DNA of 64,000 nucleotides from a virus (taxonomy: Duplodnaviria > Heunggongvirae > Uroviricota > Caudoviricetes). The position numbers and the translations under genes are program-made. The stretch's first letter is position 1. Each line of letters starts with the position of its first letter. The notes below the pieces were generated by a model that did no database searches, was not told the DNA's origin, and was given only the letters and a program-made list of their open reading frames with translations. This document shows, in pieces, positions 27,558 through 38,500 of the stretch. The DNA is taken from the IMG/VR virus record IMGVR_UViG_3300006204_000001. One strand, given 5' to 3'.

Positions 27558-28724
27558 ATGAAAAATGTAATGTTGATTGGTGTTGGTAACTGTGGATCTC
27601 AGGTTGCTTGTTTAGGAGAAAAATTATATCCTACCTTATTTGATGCAATGTATATTAATACAAGTAAAACTGATCTTTCTATGGTAACTGCAGAATCTGA
27701 ACTTAAATACAAAATTGGTTCAGATGAAGATGTTGAAGGTTCTGGTAAAAATAGAACTAAGATGCAAGAATATCTTGAGAAAGATATTGAAAAGATCTTA
27801 GGCGATGAAAAACTTGAAGATTCTATAATTGATAAGAGTTATGCATTTATTATTACAAGTGCAGCGGGGGGGACAGGATCTGGTGCTTCAACAATTCTTT
27901 ATGAATTTATGAAAGAAAAATTTCCTGATACATTCTTTATCTTAGTAGGTGTATTACCAAAACTTGATTCAACATCATTAATGGAACATGGTAATACATT
28001 AGAGTTTCTTGATGATCTTTATAGAGTATTAGGAGATAATGTAACATATATGCTATATGATAATGAATCAACTGCAAATATGGCAGATACAGTTGCATTA
28101 GAAACAGTTAACAGAAATATTATTGAGGATATTAGAATTCTTACAGGCATTGATAATCATCCTACACCATATGAATCTATTGATAAAGCAGATATGGAAT
28201 CTATAATTACAACACCAGGAAGATTACTTGTTGCAAGAATTAATAAGAATCTTACAGAAAAGAATCTTGAAGATAATAATATTGATAATATTGTTATTAA
28301 AGCAATTAAAGATTCTTGCCATGTTGAGACAGATCGTAATAAACATGTTGTTAGATGGGGTATAATCACATATTTTACAAATGAAGTATATCAGCTGTAC
28401 AAATCATCTTTAACTGCAGTAACAGAATTTTTAGGAATACCTAAAGAAAGATTTAATCATAATGCAATTAATAATAAGGATGAATCATTGTCATTTATGT
28501 ATATGATTGCATCCGGTTTGTCACCTATTAATGATAGGGTAAAGAAAATTACATCAAGAGTAGAATCATTACAAAAGACTTTACCATCTGAAGATACTAA
28601 CAAATATATTCTTGGAGAAGGTGTTTCATATGGAATAATGGAAGAAAGAAGAAAACAGGTAAGAAGAGAAGCTGCTCCATCTGAAATTAATAAAAGTTCA
28701 GTATTTAATAAATTTAAGAAATAA
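27558..28724 (+). CDS. tubulin/FtsZ-superfamily GTPase (phage PhuZ/TubZ-like)
   Basis: N-terminal LIGVGNCGSQVA glycine loop and tubulin signature SAAGGTGSGAS (GGGTGSG); RBS TAGGAGGT. Confidence 0.8.
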   Translation: MKNVMLIGVGNCGSQVACLGEKLYPTLFDAMYINTSKTDLSMVTAESELKYKIGSDEDVEGSGKNRTKMQEYLEKDIEKILGDEKLEDSIIDKSYAFIITSAAGGTGSGASTILYEFMKEKFPDTFFILVGVLPKLDSTSLMEHGNTLEFLDDLYRVLGDNVTYMLYDNESTANMADTVALETVNRNIIEDIRILTGIDNHPTPYESIDKADMESIITTPGRLLVARINKNLTEKNLEDNNIDNIVIKAIKDSCHVETDRNKHVVRWGIITYFTNEVYQLYKSSLTAVTEFLGIPKERFNHNAINNKDESLSFMYMIASGLSPINDRVKKITSRVESLQKTLPSEDTNKYILGEGVSYGIMEERRKQVRREAAPSEINKSSVFNKFKK

Positions 28725-28732
28725 TACATACA

Positions 28733-28772
28733 TAATCAATAGGGCTTATTTATATAGCCCTATTGATTTTAT
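28733..28772 (+). terminator. terminator AATCAATAGGGC-TTATTTATATA-GCCCTATTGATTTTATT
   Basis: 12-bp stem + T-rich tail after tubulin gene. Confidence 0.6.
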
Positions 28773-28802
28773 TGTATGAATAAAATAAAAAGGAGAGAAG
28801 AG

Positions 28803-31178
28803 ATGTTAAAAACAATTGAGAATGCTGTAAAGGGTTATGTTGCTAATAAAATAGTTAAAACAGTATTAACCCCATTAGACACAATAGTAGATCAAAATAT
28901 AATGGATGTAACAACTACTATTGGATCATTTATCGTTAGAAGCGTACGAGGAAAATTTCAAAGGTCTATAACATTTACAATCGGAAATCATTATGCAGAT
29001 AGATGGATGGAAGAAGCTTTATATGGTATTTTGTATAAATACAACAATATCAAAGGTTCCTCTAGATTAGAATTAACTAATAAAGCTGGTATGTCTGATG
29101 GAACTGGAATTTATTATAGACTGGATGATGGTACACATAATCTCAAATATAGAGATTATAATATTTTATTAGGTATATCAACAAGTACTACTCCACTGAC
29201 ATCTGGAAGATCAACACAAGCAAGAATTTATACAGTGATAACTTACGATTTAGATCCAAAATTTATGGAACTATTTGAAAAAGATATGATAGAACACAGA
29301 AATTCTTTATTACAAATAAAGAAGGATAGCCCAGTGGTAAATGTTTATAAAGATTATCATGAATCTGATGGTTATACTTACTGGGAAAAAATGATGACTA
29401 TAAATAAAAGAAAAATAGGTACGGTTTATCTTCCTTATGATCAGAAAAAGAAGTTAGTGGATACCATCAATAATTTCTTTAGTAATAAGGAATATTATAA
29501 AGAACATGGAGTTGCTCATAATCTCAAGATACTTCTTTATGGACCTCCTGGACCACAGCCTGAATCAACTAACATTCCTAATCCAGATGGATGGGATAAA
29601 TTAATGAAAGATTTTAAACCTGGGGACAAAATATTTACAGAAGATGGTTCAATAACAGAAATAGAAGATATAAGAAAATATGAACCTATGGATGTATATA
29701 AAATATATTTTTCAGATGGATCATTTACAAGATGTGCATTGACTCATAGATGGAATATTATACAAAAAGATGGCTCAATTGTTGATAATTCTGTTGAAGA
29801 TATTATTAATTATCTTGGTACTACTAAAGATAATATAACAACATTTGATAATGATTTGTATGTACCAATGGGAGCAGAAGTTCAATATGATCATTCTACT
29901 AATTATAAAAATCTACATCCATATGTTATTGGAATATTAGCTATATGTGGAAGATTTATTGGTAATAATACTAATAAAAAAGTTTGCATTAATACAACTG
30001 AATCTGAAATTTTATATTATTTAAGACAATATTTCCCGTTAGATATATATTTTGAAAAATATGATGATAACAATAATTGGATCATGATGAATAATTGCAA
30101 TCCAGTTTATTTGGATGAATTATTAAAAATAATTCCTCCTGGAATGGTTGTATATAATAATTCAGATGGTTGTGAAACGATTCCATCTAATTATTTATAT
30201 GATGATATTATGACCAGATCTGAATTATTATCTGGAATAATGGATACAACAATTACTGATATAATTAAAACTGATTTGCAAACAATTTTAACATTATCAT
30301 TTCCAACACCAAATTTATGTTTAAGTACTAAACGGTTGATGAATAGTTTAGGAGTTAGACCAACCTTTGTTGATGCTACTACATTAACAGTTGTATGTAA
30401 TTCAAAGGTTTATTCATTTATAAAATATAGCAGTAAAAAGAAATTAATAACTCTTAAATACGATTTAACAATTCCTAATTATGTAAGGAATGCATCATGC
30501 GAATCTGATTCTGTAGTAAAAATTGAACGCATTGAGAAAACAAATGAACAGGAAGCTATGATATGTTTTCATGTCAAAGATGAATCTCATACCTATATTA
30601 CGGAAAATTTTATTTCTACTTGTAATACAGGTAAAGATTCTATTGCAAAAATGATTGCATCAGAATGGAATAGAAATATTTACTATATTACAGGTGGTAA
30701 AGATGGTAACTTTATTCCAAATGCAATTACAGATTCTGATACAGATGATATTAATTACCCATTAATGTTAATATCAGATATTGATAAATATCCAATGTTT
30801 ATCACGGAACCAAAAGATCTTGATGAAAATAGTGATTCTGGCAAAGCAGAAAAAGTTGCTTGGAAACAAAAATTTGGATCTATGATAAATGCCTTAGATG
30901 GAATACTGTCAGGCGAGGATAGAATTATTATAATGACAACTAATCACATTGAAAAGTTTTCTGAAACATTTAGAAGACCAGGTAGAATCGATTTGGAATT
31001 ATTAATTGATTATGTAACTCCAGAGGTATTTAGGAAATTTATATATGATAATTTTAATTATGAATTACCTAAAGATATTAAATTAAAAGATGACAAATTA
31101 ACTATTGCTAAAGTTCAATTTGATATTATGTTCCAAAAGATGACAGTAGAAGAAATTATAAAGAAATATATAAAATAA
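28803..31178 (+). CDS. BCS1-like AAA+ ATPase precursor containing a 358-aa intein-like insertion in the Walker A loop
   Basis: FFSNKEYYKEHGVAHNLKILLYGPPG | insert | TGKDSIAKMIASEW ; sensor-1 IIIMTTNH; SRH box RPGRIDLEL; RBS AAAGGAGAGAAGAG. Confidence 0.75.
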   Translation: MLKTIENAVKGYVANKIVKTVLTPLDTIVDQNIMDVTTTIGSFIVRSVRGKFQRSITFTIGNHYADRWMEEALYGILYKYNNIKGSSRLELTNKAGMSDGTGIYYRLDDGTHNLKYRDYNILLGISTSTTPLTSGRSTQARIYTVITYDLDPKFMELFEKDMIEHRNSLLQIKKDSPVVNVYKDYHESDGYTYWEKMMTINKRKIGTVYLPYDQKKKLVDTINNFFSNKEYYKEHGVAHNLKILLYGPPGPQPESTNIPNPDGWDKLMKDFKPGDKIFTEDGSITEIEDIRKYEPMDVYKIYFSDGSFTRCALTHRWNIIQKDGSIVDNSVEDIINYLGTTKDNITTFDNDLYVPMGAEVQYDHSTNYKNLHPYVIGILAICGRFIGNNTNKKVCINTTESEILYYLRQYFPLDIYFEKYDDNNNWIMMNNCNPVYLDELLKIIPPGMVVYNNSDGCETIPSNYLYDDIMTRSELLSGIMDTTITDIIKTDLQTILTLSFPTPNLCLSTKRLMNSLGVRPTFVDATTLTVVCNSKVYSFIKYSSKKKLITLKYDLTIPNYVRNASCESDSVVKIERIEKTNEQEAMICFHVKDESHTYITENFISTCNTGKDSIAKMIASEWNRNIYYITGGKDGNFIPNAITDSDTDDINYPLMLISDIDKYPMFITEPKDLDENSDSGKAEKVAWKQKFGSMINALDGILSGEDRIIIMTTNHIEKFSETFRRPGRIDLELLIDYVTPEVFRKFIYDNFNYELPKDIKLKDDKLTIAKVQFDIMFQKMTVEEIIKKYIK
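29553..30626 (+). mobile_element. intein-like (Hint + degenerate LAGLIDADG) element, in-frame
   Basis: Block-A-like DKIFTEDGSITEIEDI, block B CALTHRW, LAGLIDADG-like YVIGILAICGRF, C-terminal ..HTYITENFISTCN followed by Thr; exact restoration of GPPGTGKDS on removal. Confidence 0.55.
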
Positions 31179-31182
31179 CTAA

Positions 31183-31212
31183 TAAGGGAGAGAATATTCT
31201 CTCCCTTTAAAA
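31183..31212 (+). terminator. terminator AAGGGAGAGAATATTCTCTCCCTTTAAAAG
   Basis: 10-bp stem hairpin. Confidence 0.5.
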
Positions 31213-31226
31213 GAAAGGATAATATT

Positions 31227-31394
31227 ATGCCTGGTTTAGTTTTAGCAGTTATAATTGGAGCTATAATAATTTGGTTCACTATATCATTTGCTTTTCCTAC
31301 TATAGGAAAATTCTGTAAATCTATGTGGGAAAATGCAGTTGGTATTGATGAAAATAAAAATGAAAAAGGAGAAAAAGAAAATGAAGAAAAGTAG
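31227..31394 (+). CDS. small single-TM membrane protein (55 aa)
   Basis: MPGLVLAVIIGAIIIWFTISFAF..; RBS AAAGGAT; overlaps start of next gene. Confidence 0.35.
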   Translation: MPGLVLAVIIGAIIIWFTISFAFPTIGKFCKSMWENAVGIDENKNEKGEKENEEK

Positions 31395-31695
31395 TAAAAT
31401 TGTAGGAGCTTATTTTACAGGAATAATTATTATTATTGCATTAATTTTCATGCATATATGTTTATCAAGAGTTCCTACAGGATATTGTGGAGTTGTATAC
31501 TCTATCAATGGTGGTGTAACAGGTAAAGTTGTTGATCAAGGTTGGCATTGGCATGGTATCGGAGAAAGAATTACTAATTATTCCATTGGAATAGAGCAGT
31601 CATATTTAACTGCTACAAATAATGGTGATTCTCCTGAGAATGATAGTTTCTCGGCTCCATCCTCAGATGGTAAAGGTTTACACAGATGGAATTAA
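31381..31695 (+). CDS. SPFH/band-7 (stomatin/HflKC-like) protein, N-terminal part (TM + start of band-7 domain)
   Basis: TM helix IVGAYFTGIIIIIALIFMHI then band-7-like ..VPTGYCGVVYSINGG..; frame ends at 31695. Confidence 0.55.
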   Translation: MKKSSKIVGAYFTGIIIIIALIFMHICLSRVPTGYCGVVYSINGGVTGKVVDQGWHWHGIGERITNYSIGIEQSYLTATNNGDSPENDSFSAPSSDGKGLHRWN

Positions 31696-32330
31696 CATTT
31701 ACATATCGATTTGATAGGACAAGAATATCTGATACCTTTACAAGATTTAAAGGATTGAGTGGTCAAGAAGTATTAACAACATTTATCAAACCAAATGTTA
31801 TTTCTTGGACTAAAGAAATTACTGCAAAATATCCTGTTACTGAAATATTAGGTGATAAACGTGCTGATCTTAATATTGTGCTAACTGATTATCTCAGAGA
31901 AAAATTTGATTCATATGGTATTATAATTGATTCAGCCATGTTAATCAATATTGAACCTGATGAAGAGATAAAAGCAGCAATTCAGAAAAAGATTACTGCT
32001 CAGCAAGAACTTGAACTTGCTAAGGTACAAGCAGAAACAGCAAGGATAGATGCAGAGAAAGAAAAAGAAGTAGCTTTAATTGAAGCTGAAAAGAATAAGG
32101 AGACTGCATCTATTAATGCAGAAAAAGTTAAAATTGAAGCACAGGGTAAAGCAGATGCTAAACGTATTGCTGCTGAGGCAGAAGCAGAAGCAAATGTTAA
32201 GATTGCTCAATCATTAACACCTGAATTGATTGAGAAAATTAAATATGAACATTGGGATGGAAAACTTCCATATGTTCAAGGAAGTTCATCATCTATTATT
32301 GATATGAAAGATTTCAATGAAGGAGACTAA
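31686..32330 (+). CDS. SPFH/band-7 protein, C-terminal part (continues in another frame) with coiled-coil AEAEAEA tail
   Basis: LTFTYRFD..PNVISWTKEITAKYP..DSYGIIIDSAMLINIEPDEE then ELELAKVQAETARIDAEKEKE coiled coil, typical HflK/C and flotillin architecture. Confidence 0.55.
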   Translation: MELTFTYRFDRTRISDTFTRFKGLSGQEVLTTFIKPNVISWTKEITAKYPVTEILGDKRADLNIVLTDYLREKFDSYGIIIDSAMLINIEPDEEIKAAIQKKITAQQELELAKVQAETARIDAEKEKEVALIEAEKNKETASINAEKVKIEAQGKADAKRIAAEAEAEANVKIAQSLTPELIEKIKYEHWDGKLPYVQGSSSSIIDMKDFNEGD

Positions 32331-32331
32331 T

Positions 32332-32424
32332 ATGAATAATAATGATAGATGTTTAGATTGTCTTGAGAAATGTAAACATGCTACTACACAAACCGTATTT
32401 ACTCGTAGTGAAATATTTAAATAA
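32332..32424 (+). CDS. tiny Cys-rich peptide (30 aa, CxxC..C.H)
   Basis: MNNNDRCLDCLEKCKHATT..; RBS GAAGGAGAC. Confidence 0.3.
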   Translation: MNNNDRCLDCLEKCKHATTQTVFTRSEIFK

Positions 32425-32427
32425 AAA

Positions 32428-32460
32428 TAAAGAGGGATTTAAATCCCTCTTTATTTTTTT
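32428..32460. terminator. terminator AAAGAGGGATTTAAATCCCTCTTTATTTTTTT
   Basis: hairpin + T-run. Confidence 0.7.
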
Positions 32461-32539
32461 ATTCATTTTCTATAGTTTTACTCAACACCTTAGTTAAAAT
32501 TGAGAAAAATATAAAGATAAAATAAGAGGTGGTGAAATA

Positions 32540-35500
32540 ATGAGTAATACTATTAATGAAAAAACAACTTCATTATCATTTCTAAAACAAGCGGCTAATG
32601 TTATTACAAATGGATCTATTAGTTATATAAATAAAGTAATGCCCAATACTACAGATACACTCAAAGAAGCAAAAGCTACAGTTAATGAGGTAACATCTAC
32701 ATTTAGTAATACAACTGGCAATGTATTTCCTATATTGAGAAAATTAAAATCTCAAATTAGTTATAAAGGAATACTTAATTGGTTTTATGAGAAAGAAGAT
32801 TCATTTGATTCTGGAGTTGATATACCATCATCATATGATGATGGTAGTGATTTTGAAATGGCTGAGGTTCAAATAAATCAATCAGAAAAAAATGCTAAAG
32901 AAATTTCACAAACTATAGTTGAATCAAGTAGACATATGGTAGAAAGTGAAATTGCATCTACGGCAAATCTTACTCATACTATATCTGCTCAAACAGCAGT
33001 TATTACTTCTGGATTTGATTCAGTTAATAAAAATCTTGAAAATATAGCAGAAATAATATCAAAAAATACATCCGCTATTATAGAATTACAAACAGCAAGT
33101 TCTAAAGTAGAATTGATAAGCAGAACTCAAACAGATGCTGACGAATCACGTAAAAGAATGCAATCGGGTAAATTTAATTTATCTGATTATAAAGCTATAT
33201 TGAAGGATAATTTTGCTAATAGTGAATTAGGTCTTTCTTTAGGTACAGCATCTGGATTACTTAGTAATAGTGGAATGATTAAAGATCTTCTTTCTCCAAC
33301 TAATCTATTATCAGTTGGAATAAGTAAAGCTGTTGATAAAGCATCACCTAATTTTAGAAAAAATGCAAAGGCATTAGATGATGCCATTAGTGAAACTATA
33401 ATGACTTCATTAATTAGATTAGGAGAAAGTAAAAAGGAAGTATTTGGAGTTAATCTTGGTAAAATATTTGGTATTGATTCATCAAGAGAAAAAATTGATA
33501 CTAGCAGGCAAACATTAGAATTACATGCTACACCATTTGATACATTAACTAAAGATACTATTAATAGTGGTATCACTGGTTATCTTAGAAAGATTTTAGT
33601 TGCTGTAGGTGGTGATGATGTAATTTATGATGCTAGAAGTCGTAGCTTTAAAACACAAAAACAATTGAAAAAAGAATATAGAGCAGAATCCATTAATACA
33701 AGTGCTTTATATCAAGCTACTGACAGAGTAAAACAAAATCTTGGTAATGAAGATTTTACTAAGATGATGTATTCTTTAATGATGAATGATTTAAGTAACA
33801 GAACTGGTCCTAATGGTAATGCTAGAAATCAAATAAATCAATTTAAAAATTTTGATGTTACTTATGATTATCTTAAATCATTATTAGGTAATAATGCAAC
33901 TTCTACTGATCTCGATAATATCAAGGTATTAGCAAAACGATTAGGAAGACTACCAACTGGTTATGGCGAGCAAGACATCATGAATCAAGCTGCTAGAGAA
34001 GCAATAAAAAGAAATAATAAAATGAAAGAATATGTTATCAATGCTGATAATTACGGAGTTGATTTATCTTTCATTAATGATAGTACAAAAGCTGATGCTA
34101 ATACAATAAAGAAGACATTTGGTAGATCAGATATAGAAATTAAAAATTCACCCAGTAGAATTTCTACTTTAACGAATATTGATTATACTTATAAAGCTTT
34201 ATATGAAATATATAGAAGGCTTAATAAAGGTATTAATGTATTTAAGGTAGGAGAGAATAATAGAAGATCTAAACCATATACTGATTGGAAAGATAATTAT
34301 CTTTCCAAACCCTCTGGATATAAATCCAAAACTATAAATGATGCTGATACAACTACCAATGGTATTTTAGCAAATATGGGTCGATTAGATGATGGACCTA
34401 ATCAATTGAGAAATAATACATTGGAAGATGGAACTACCGAAGAGTTGACTGGTGGACAAAGATTCTCCAGATGGGGTAAACAACGGGGTGGGGAATTTAT
34501 CAAAGCTATGTTCTCAGGTAATCCTGGTGATGTGAAACGAGTATTTGGAAATATTATACAGGATGTATCAGGAGTAGCTAGTGACAAAATAAAATCTCAA
34601 GCAAATAAAGTTAATGATAAATACGGTAATGCATCTGGTTATCTTAAACATAAACTATTTGGAACATCATATAGATATACTAATGATGAAGGCAAGGAAG
34701 TTGAAATAGAAAAAAATGATAAAGGTGGTTATGCTGGATTTATTAAAAAGAAATTATTTGGTAAATTAGGTGATACAAATAATTCTGTACAAAAATGGTT
34801 TAAGGATGTAGCTGGATATTTTGATTATGGTAATAAAGAAGATAAAAAGAACGGTGTTGAATCAAAAAGAAAGAAACTTATATCAACATCTATAGGTGCA
34901 CTTGGAGGTGGTTTATTAGCTGGACCATTAGGTGTATTAATGGGATCAATGGCTGGATCAGCATTCTCAAATTTTAATATTGGCGATAAATTCAAAGAGA
35001 AATTATTTGGTAGGGATGATAATGGTAAAGCTAAAGGTTTATTAACTAAAGTATTTGATAAAATGACAAGGCCCATTACTTATCAAATTAAGAAGACAAC
35101 TAATTATTTTGGTAATGTATTAAAGAAAAATATATTTGGACCATTATCAGATTTAGGTTTTGCTATGAGAGAAAGAATGTTACATCATGTAGATGGATTA
35201 ATGAAGAAAACTATGAATTTTATTAAGAATTCTTTCATAGGTAAAGCATTCAGTGCTGCTAAAAAGAAAGTTGGAGGTGCAGTAAAAACAGGAGCCAAAA
35301 AAGTATTTGGTGGTTTAGGTAATCTATTATATGGAGGCTCAGTAGGTACATTAGGTTTGGCTGCTAGGCAAACTTTAAATGCGAATACATTACTACCTAG
35401 AGCTGGTTTAAATGGTTTATCAAATTTATTGGTTCATAATACAGGTACTTATGAAGTTGATCCAGATACTGGTGAACGTGTATGGGTATCAGGAAAAGAT

Positions 35501-38500
35501 AAACTAAAACAACGTAGAGAAGAACGTAATGCATCAATTAAACGTGATATGGATCGTTATAGTTTATTTGGTGGATATGCCGAATATAATAGAGAACTAG
35601 ATGCAAAACATGCTACAAATAAGAATGAATTAGAGCAATATATAGCTGAAGGAACTCCTAAGATTGTAGAAAATACAGAACAAACAAATGAAATCTTAGA
35701 TAATCTAACTGATGTAAATAGGGAATCAAATGAAGCTTTACAAAATTTAGATCGTAATAGTAGCGAGGTTGGTTCTCTATTTACACATGATCAAGGTATT
35801 CATGATAAATTAGATAAATTATATGCATTCTTAACTGGTAATACATCTACTAATAAACCAAGTAATACTCCTGAAGGTCATTATAAATCAGATAAAAAGG
35901 CAGATGATGATAGTTTAAAGAATGCATTAGAAAATAAATCATCCAAAGCACCTACTTTAATAGGTGGAGGAAATCAATCTGACCCTATATTAGGTAGCGC
36001 TCTAGGTTCAATTTCTACTATTGCAGCTAATAACGGATTATCTAATGATGAGGCACAAACTACAAATGAGACTATAGCTGAATTATCTAAAGATAAACCT
36101 AATAAAAATTCCATATCAGCTAAATTACAGAAGATTATTAATATTAATAAAACAAAATCGGATGAGGATGATAAAGATAAAAAAAAGAAAAAATCTTTAT
36201 TCTGGGATATATTAGGAAAGATTGGTAATTTTGCAGGAGGATTTCTTGATAAACTTCCTTTAATTTTAGGAGGTATTGCTGCATTTAAACTATTTTGTGG
36301 TGATTTTGAAGGTGTAAAGGATGTTGTTAGTAGAATTGGTAATGGTATAGATTCTATAGCTAGCTTTATTACAGGAAAATCAAAGGATGATGGCACAACA
36401 GCAGGAATGAATGCAGTAACATCATTAGCAGATATACAATCAGATAGTCCAATGAGTTATGCTATACCTGGAGCTGAATTATATCATAATGAACGAGATT
36501 GTGCAGGTAACAGAATTAGAAATCAAAATGCTACTAAAGCAAAGAATACTATTCTTATTGGAGCTAATCTAAAGAATGCTTTTATGAATAAATGGCATGG
36601 TACTAATAATTCTAGTTTTACATCTACAATGGCTAGAACTAGAGCTAGTATATCAGGTAGAATTAATAACATTTCGTCTAGTGTTTATAATAAACTTGAT
36701 AATAGTGTATTAGGTAAATTTGGATTAGGAAGAAAAATAAAGAATAAAGCAAGTAAGATTAGAGATAATAGTGCAGCGGCACAAGCTAATCAAGATCAGA
36801 TTGCAAATAACAATGTTACTACAGTAGATAATTTGAAATCTAGAGTAGGAACTGCAGCTAGCTTAAGTTTCTTATCAGGAGCTGCTGGTTTAGGAGCTAA
36901 AGGCATTGCTAAAGCATTTGGTAGAGATGAAGAGTCTCAAGACAGATGGAGTAGAATTGGTTCAGGTGGTACTGCATTAGTATTAACAGCTAATCATGGT
37001 ATGTCTAAACTTACTGGAAAGAAATCATTAATTGATTTATTCAAAGAATTAGTAAGTAAGTTATTTAAATACTTAGCTGGAAAATTTAAAGAAAATGGTA
37101 TACTTAAAAAATGTGCATCTAAGGTAGATGATATCTTTACTGGATTAGATACAAAAATATTTACTGGTCTTAAAGATAAGATGATAGATATTGTATCTAA
37201 GAAATTATTAGAGTTAGGAGTAGTATCAAGTGGTGAACAAGCATTATCTGCAGCTACATTAGGTATACCAATTGTAGTTGGTGGCATTAGTGGTTTTATA
37301 GATGGTATATGTGGAGTAGAACATTTGTTCAGTGTACTTCCAGGTGATGCAGATGGAACTATGAAAACGATATCTATCTTATTAAATACTGCATTAGGTG
37401 CAGCCGCATTTGTACCAGGTGTTGGTTATGCTGTAGCTTGTATTGATATTATTGATGCTATTATGTCAGCTATTCCTGTATTTAAAGGAAAAGGTTTAAC
37501 ACAATATTTAGCTGAGCTTTTATATAATATTATCAATGGAGCAAAGAATTTAGTTACTGGAAAGAAAGGTAATAAATTAAAAGAAGCACATGCTGAAGTT
37601 ACAAGAAACACAAAGGCTTATAATGAAAAATTTGGTACTAACTTAAGTGAATCTGATATTATTGATGCTACGACTAATAAAGGTTGGTGGGATGCTTTAT
37701 GGCATGGTAAAGCGTATAAAGGTGATAATGGTTTACTTGTTACTGATAGAGCTGGAAATTTCCTTGGAAAAGGTGGTATTACTAATGCTTTATTTGGTAA
37801 TAACAAAATATATGAAAGTGATACCGAAGGCAATGTCTTAAAGAATCAATATGGAGAAGCTGTAGTTAAAACTGATAAATACGGTCTCGGATCATACAAA
37901 AATAATATGAAGATCGGTGACTATGCTAAGTTTGGATTTAATTCAGCTAAACGTTTCTTTACAGGTGGTGAAGTATATAAGACTGATGAAAAAGGAAATG
38001 TCATATATGATGAAAATGGTAATCCAATTGTAGATCATAAGGAATCAAATATCTTTACGAGAGTATTTAAAGAAAAGAAATTTTTAGATGAAGCTACAAC
38101 ACAGTCTATCAACACTACTAAAAGTTTTATCAAGAATATATTTAAGAAAGAAACAATTAAAGATGAGAATGGAAATGAAATTCTTGATGAAAATGGTAAA
38201 CCTATAGAAAGAAGTAAAGCTGGAAATGTTATTGTTAAAGCTACTAATGTTATTAATGGTGCATTATTCGGAGGAGTAGGAGGTGTATTTAAAGCTCTTA
38301 AGAAGAATGAAAAAGAGCAATATGAATTAGACGAAAATGGTAAACCGTTATTAGATGCAGATGGTAACAAAGTTAAGAAAGGAACACTTGGTTCTGTAAT
38401 TACTAAAGGATTAGGTAAGATAGGAAATACAGCATTATCATTCTTAACTGGTGGAGCATTAAAAGATACTGAGTTAGTTAAAAGTGTTAAAAATAGTAAA

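Noticed and set aside
31670-31700. Programmed -1 ribosomal frameshift joining the two SPFH frames
   Set aside because: No X_XXY_YYZ slippery heptamer or downstream pseudoknot evident in the 10-nt overlap. An indel or pseudogene is the more economical explanation.
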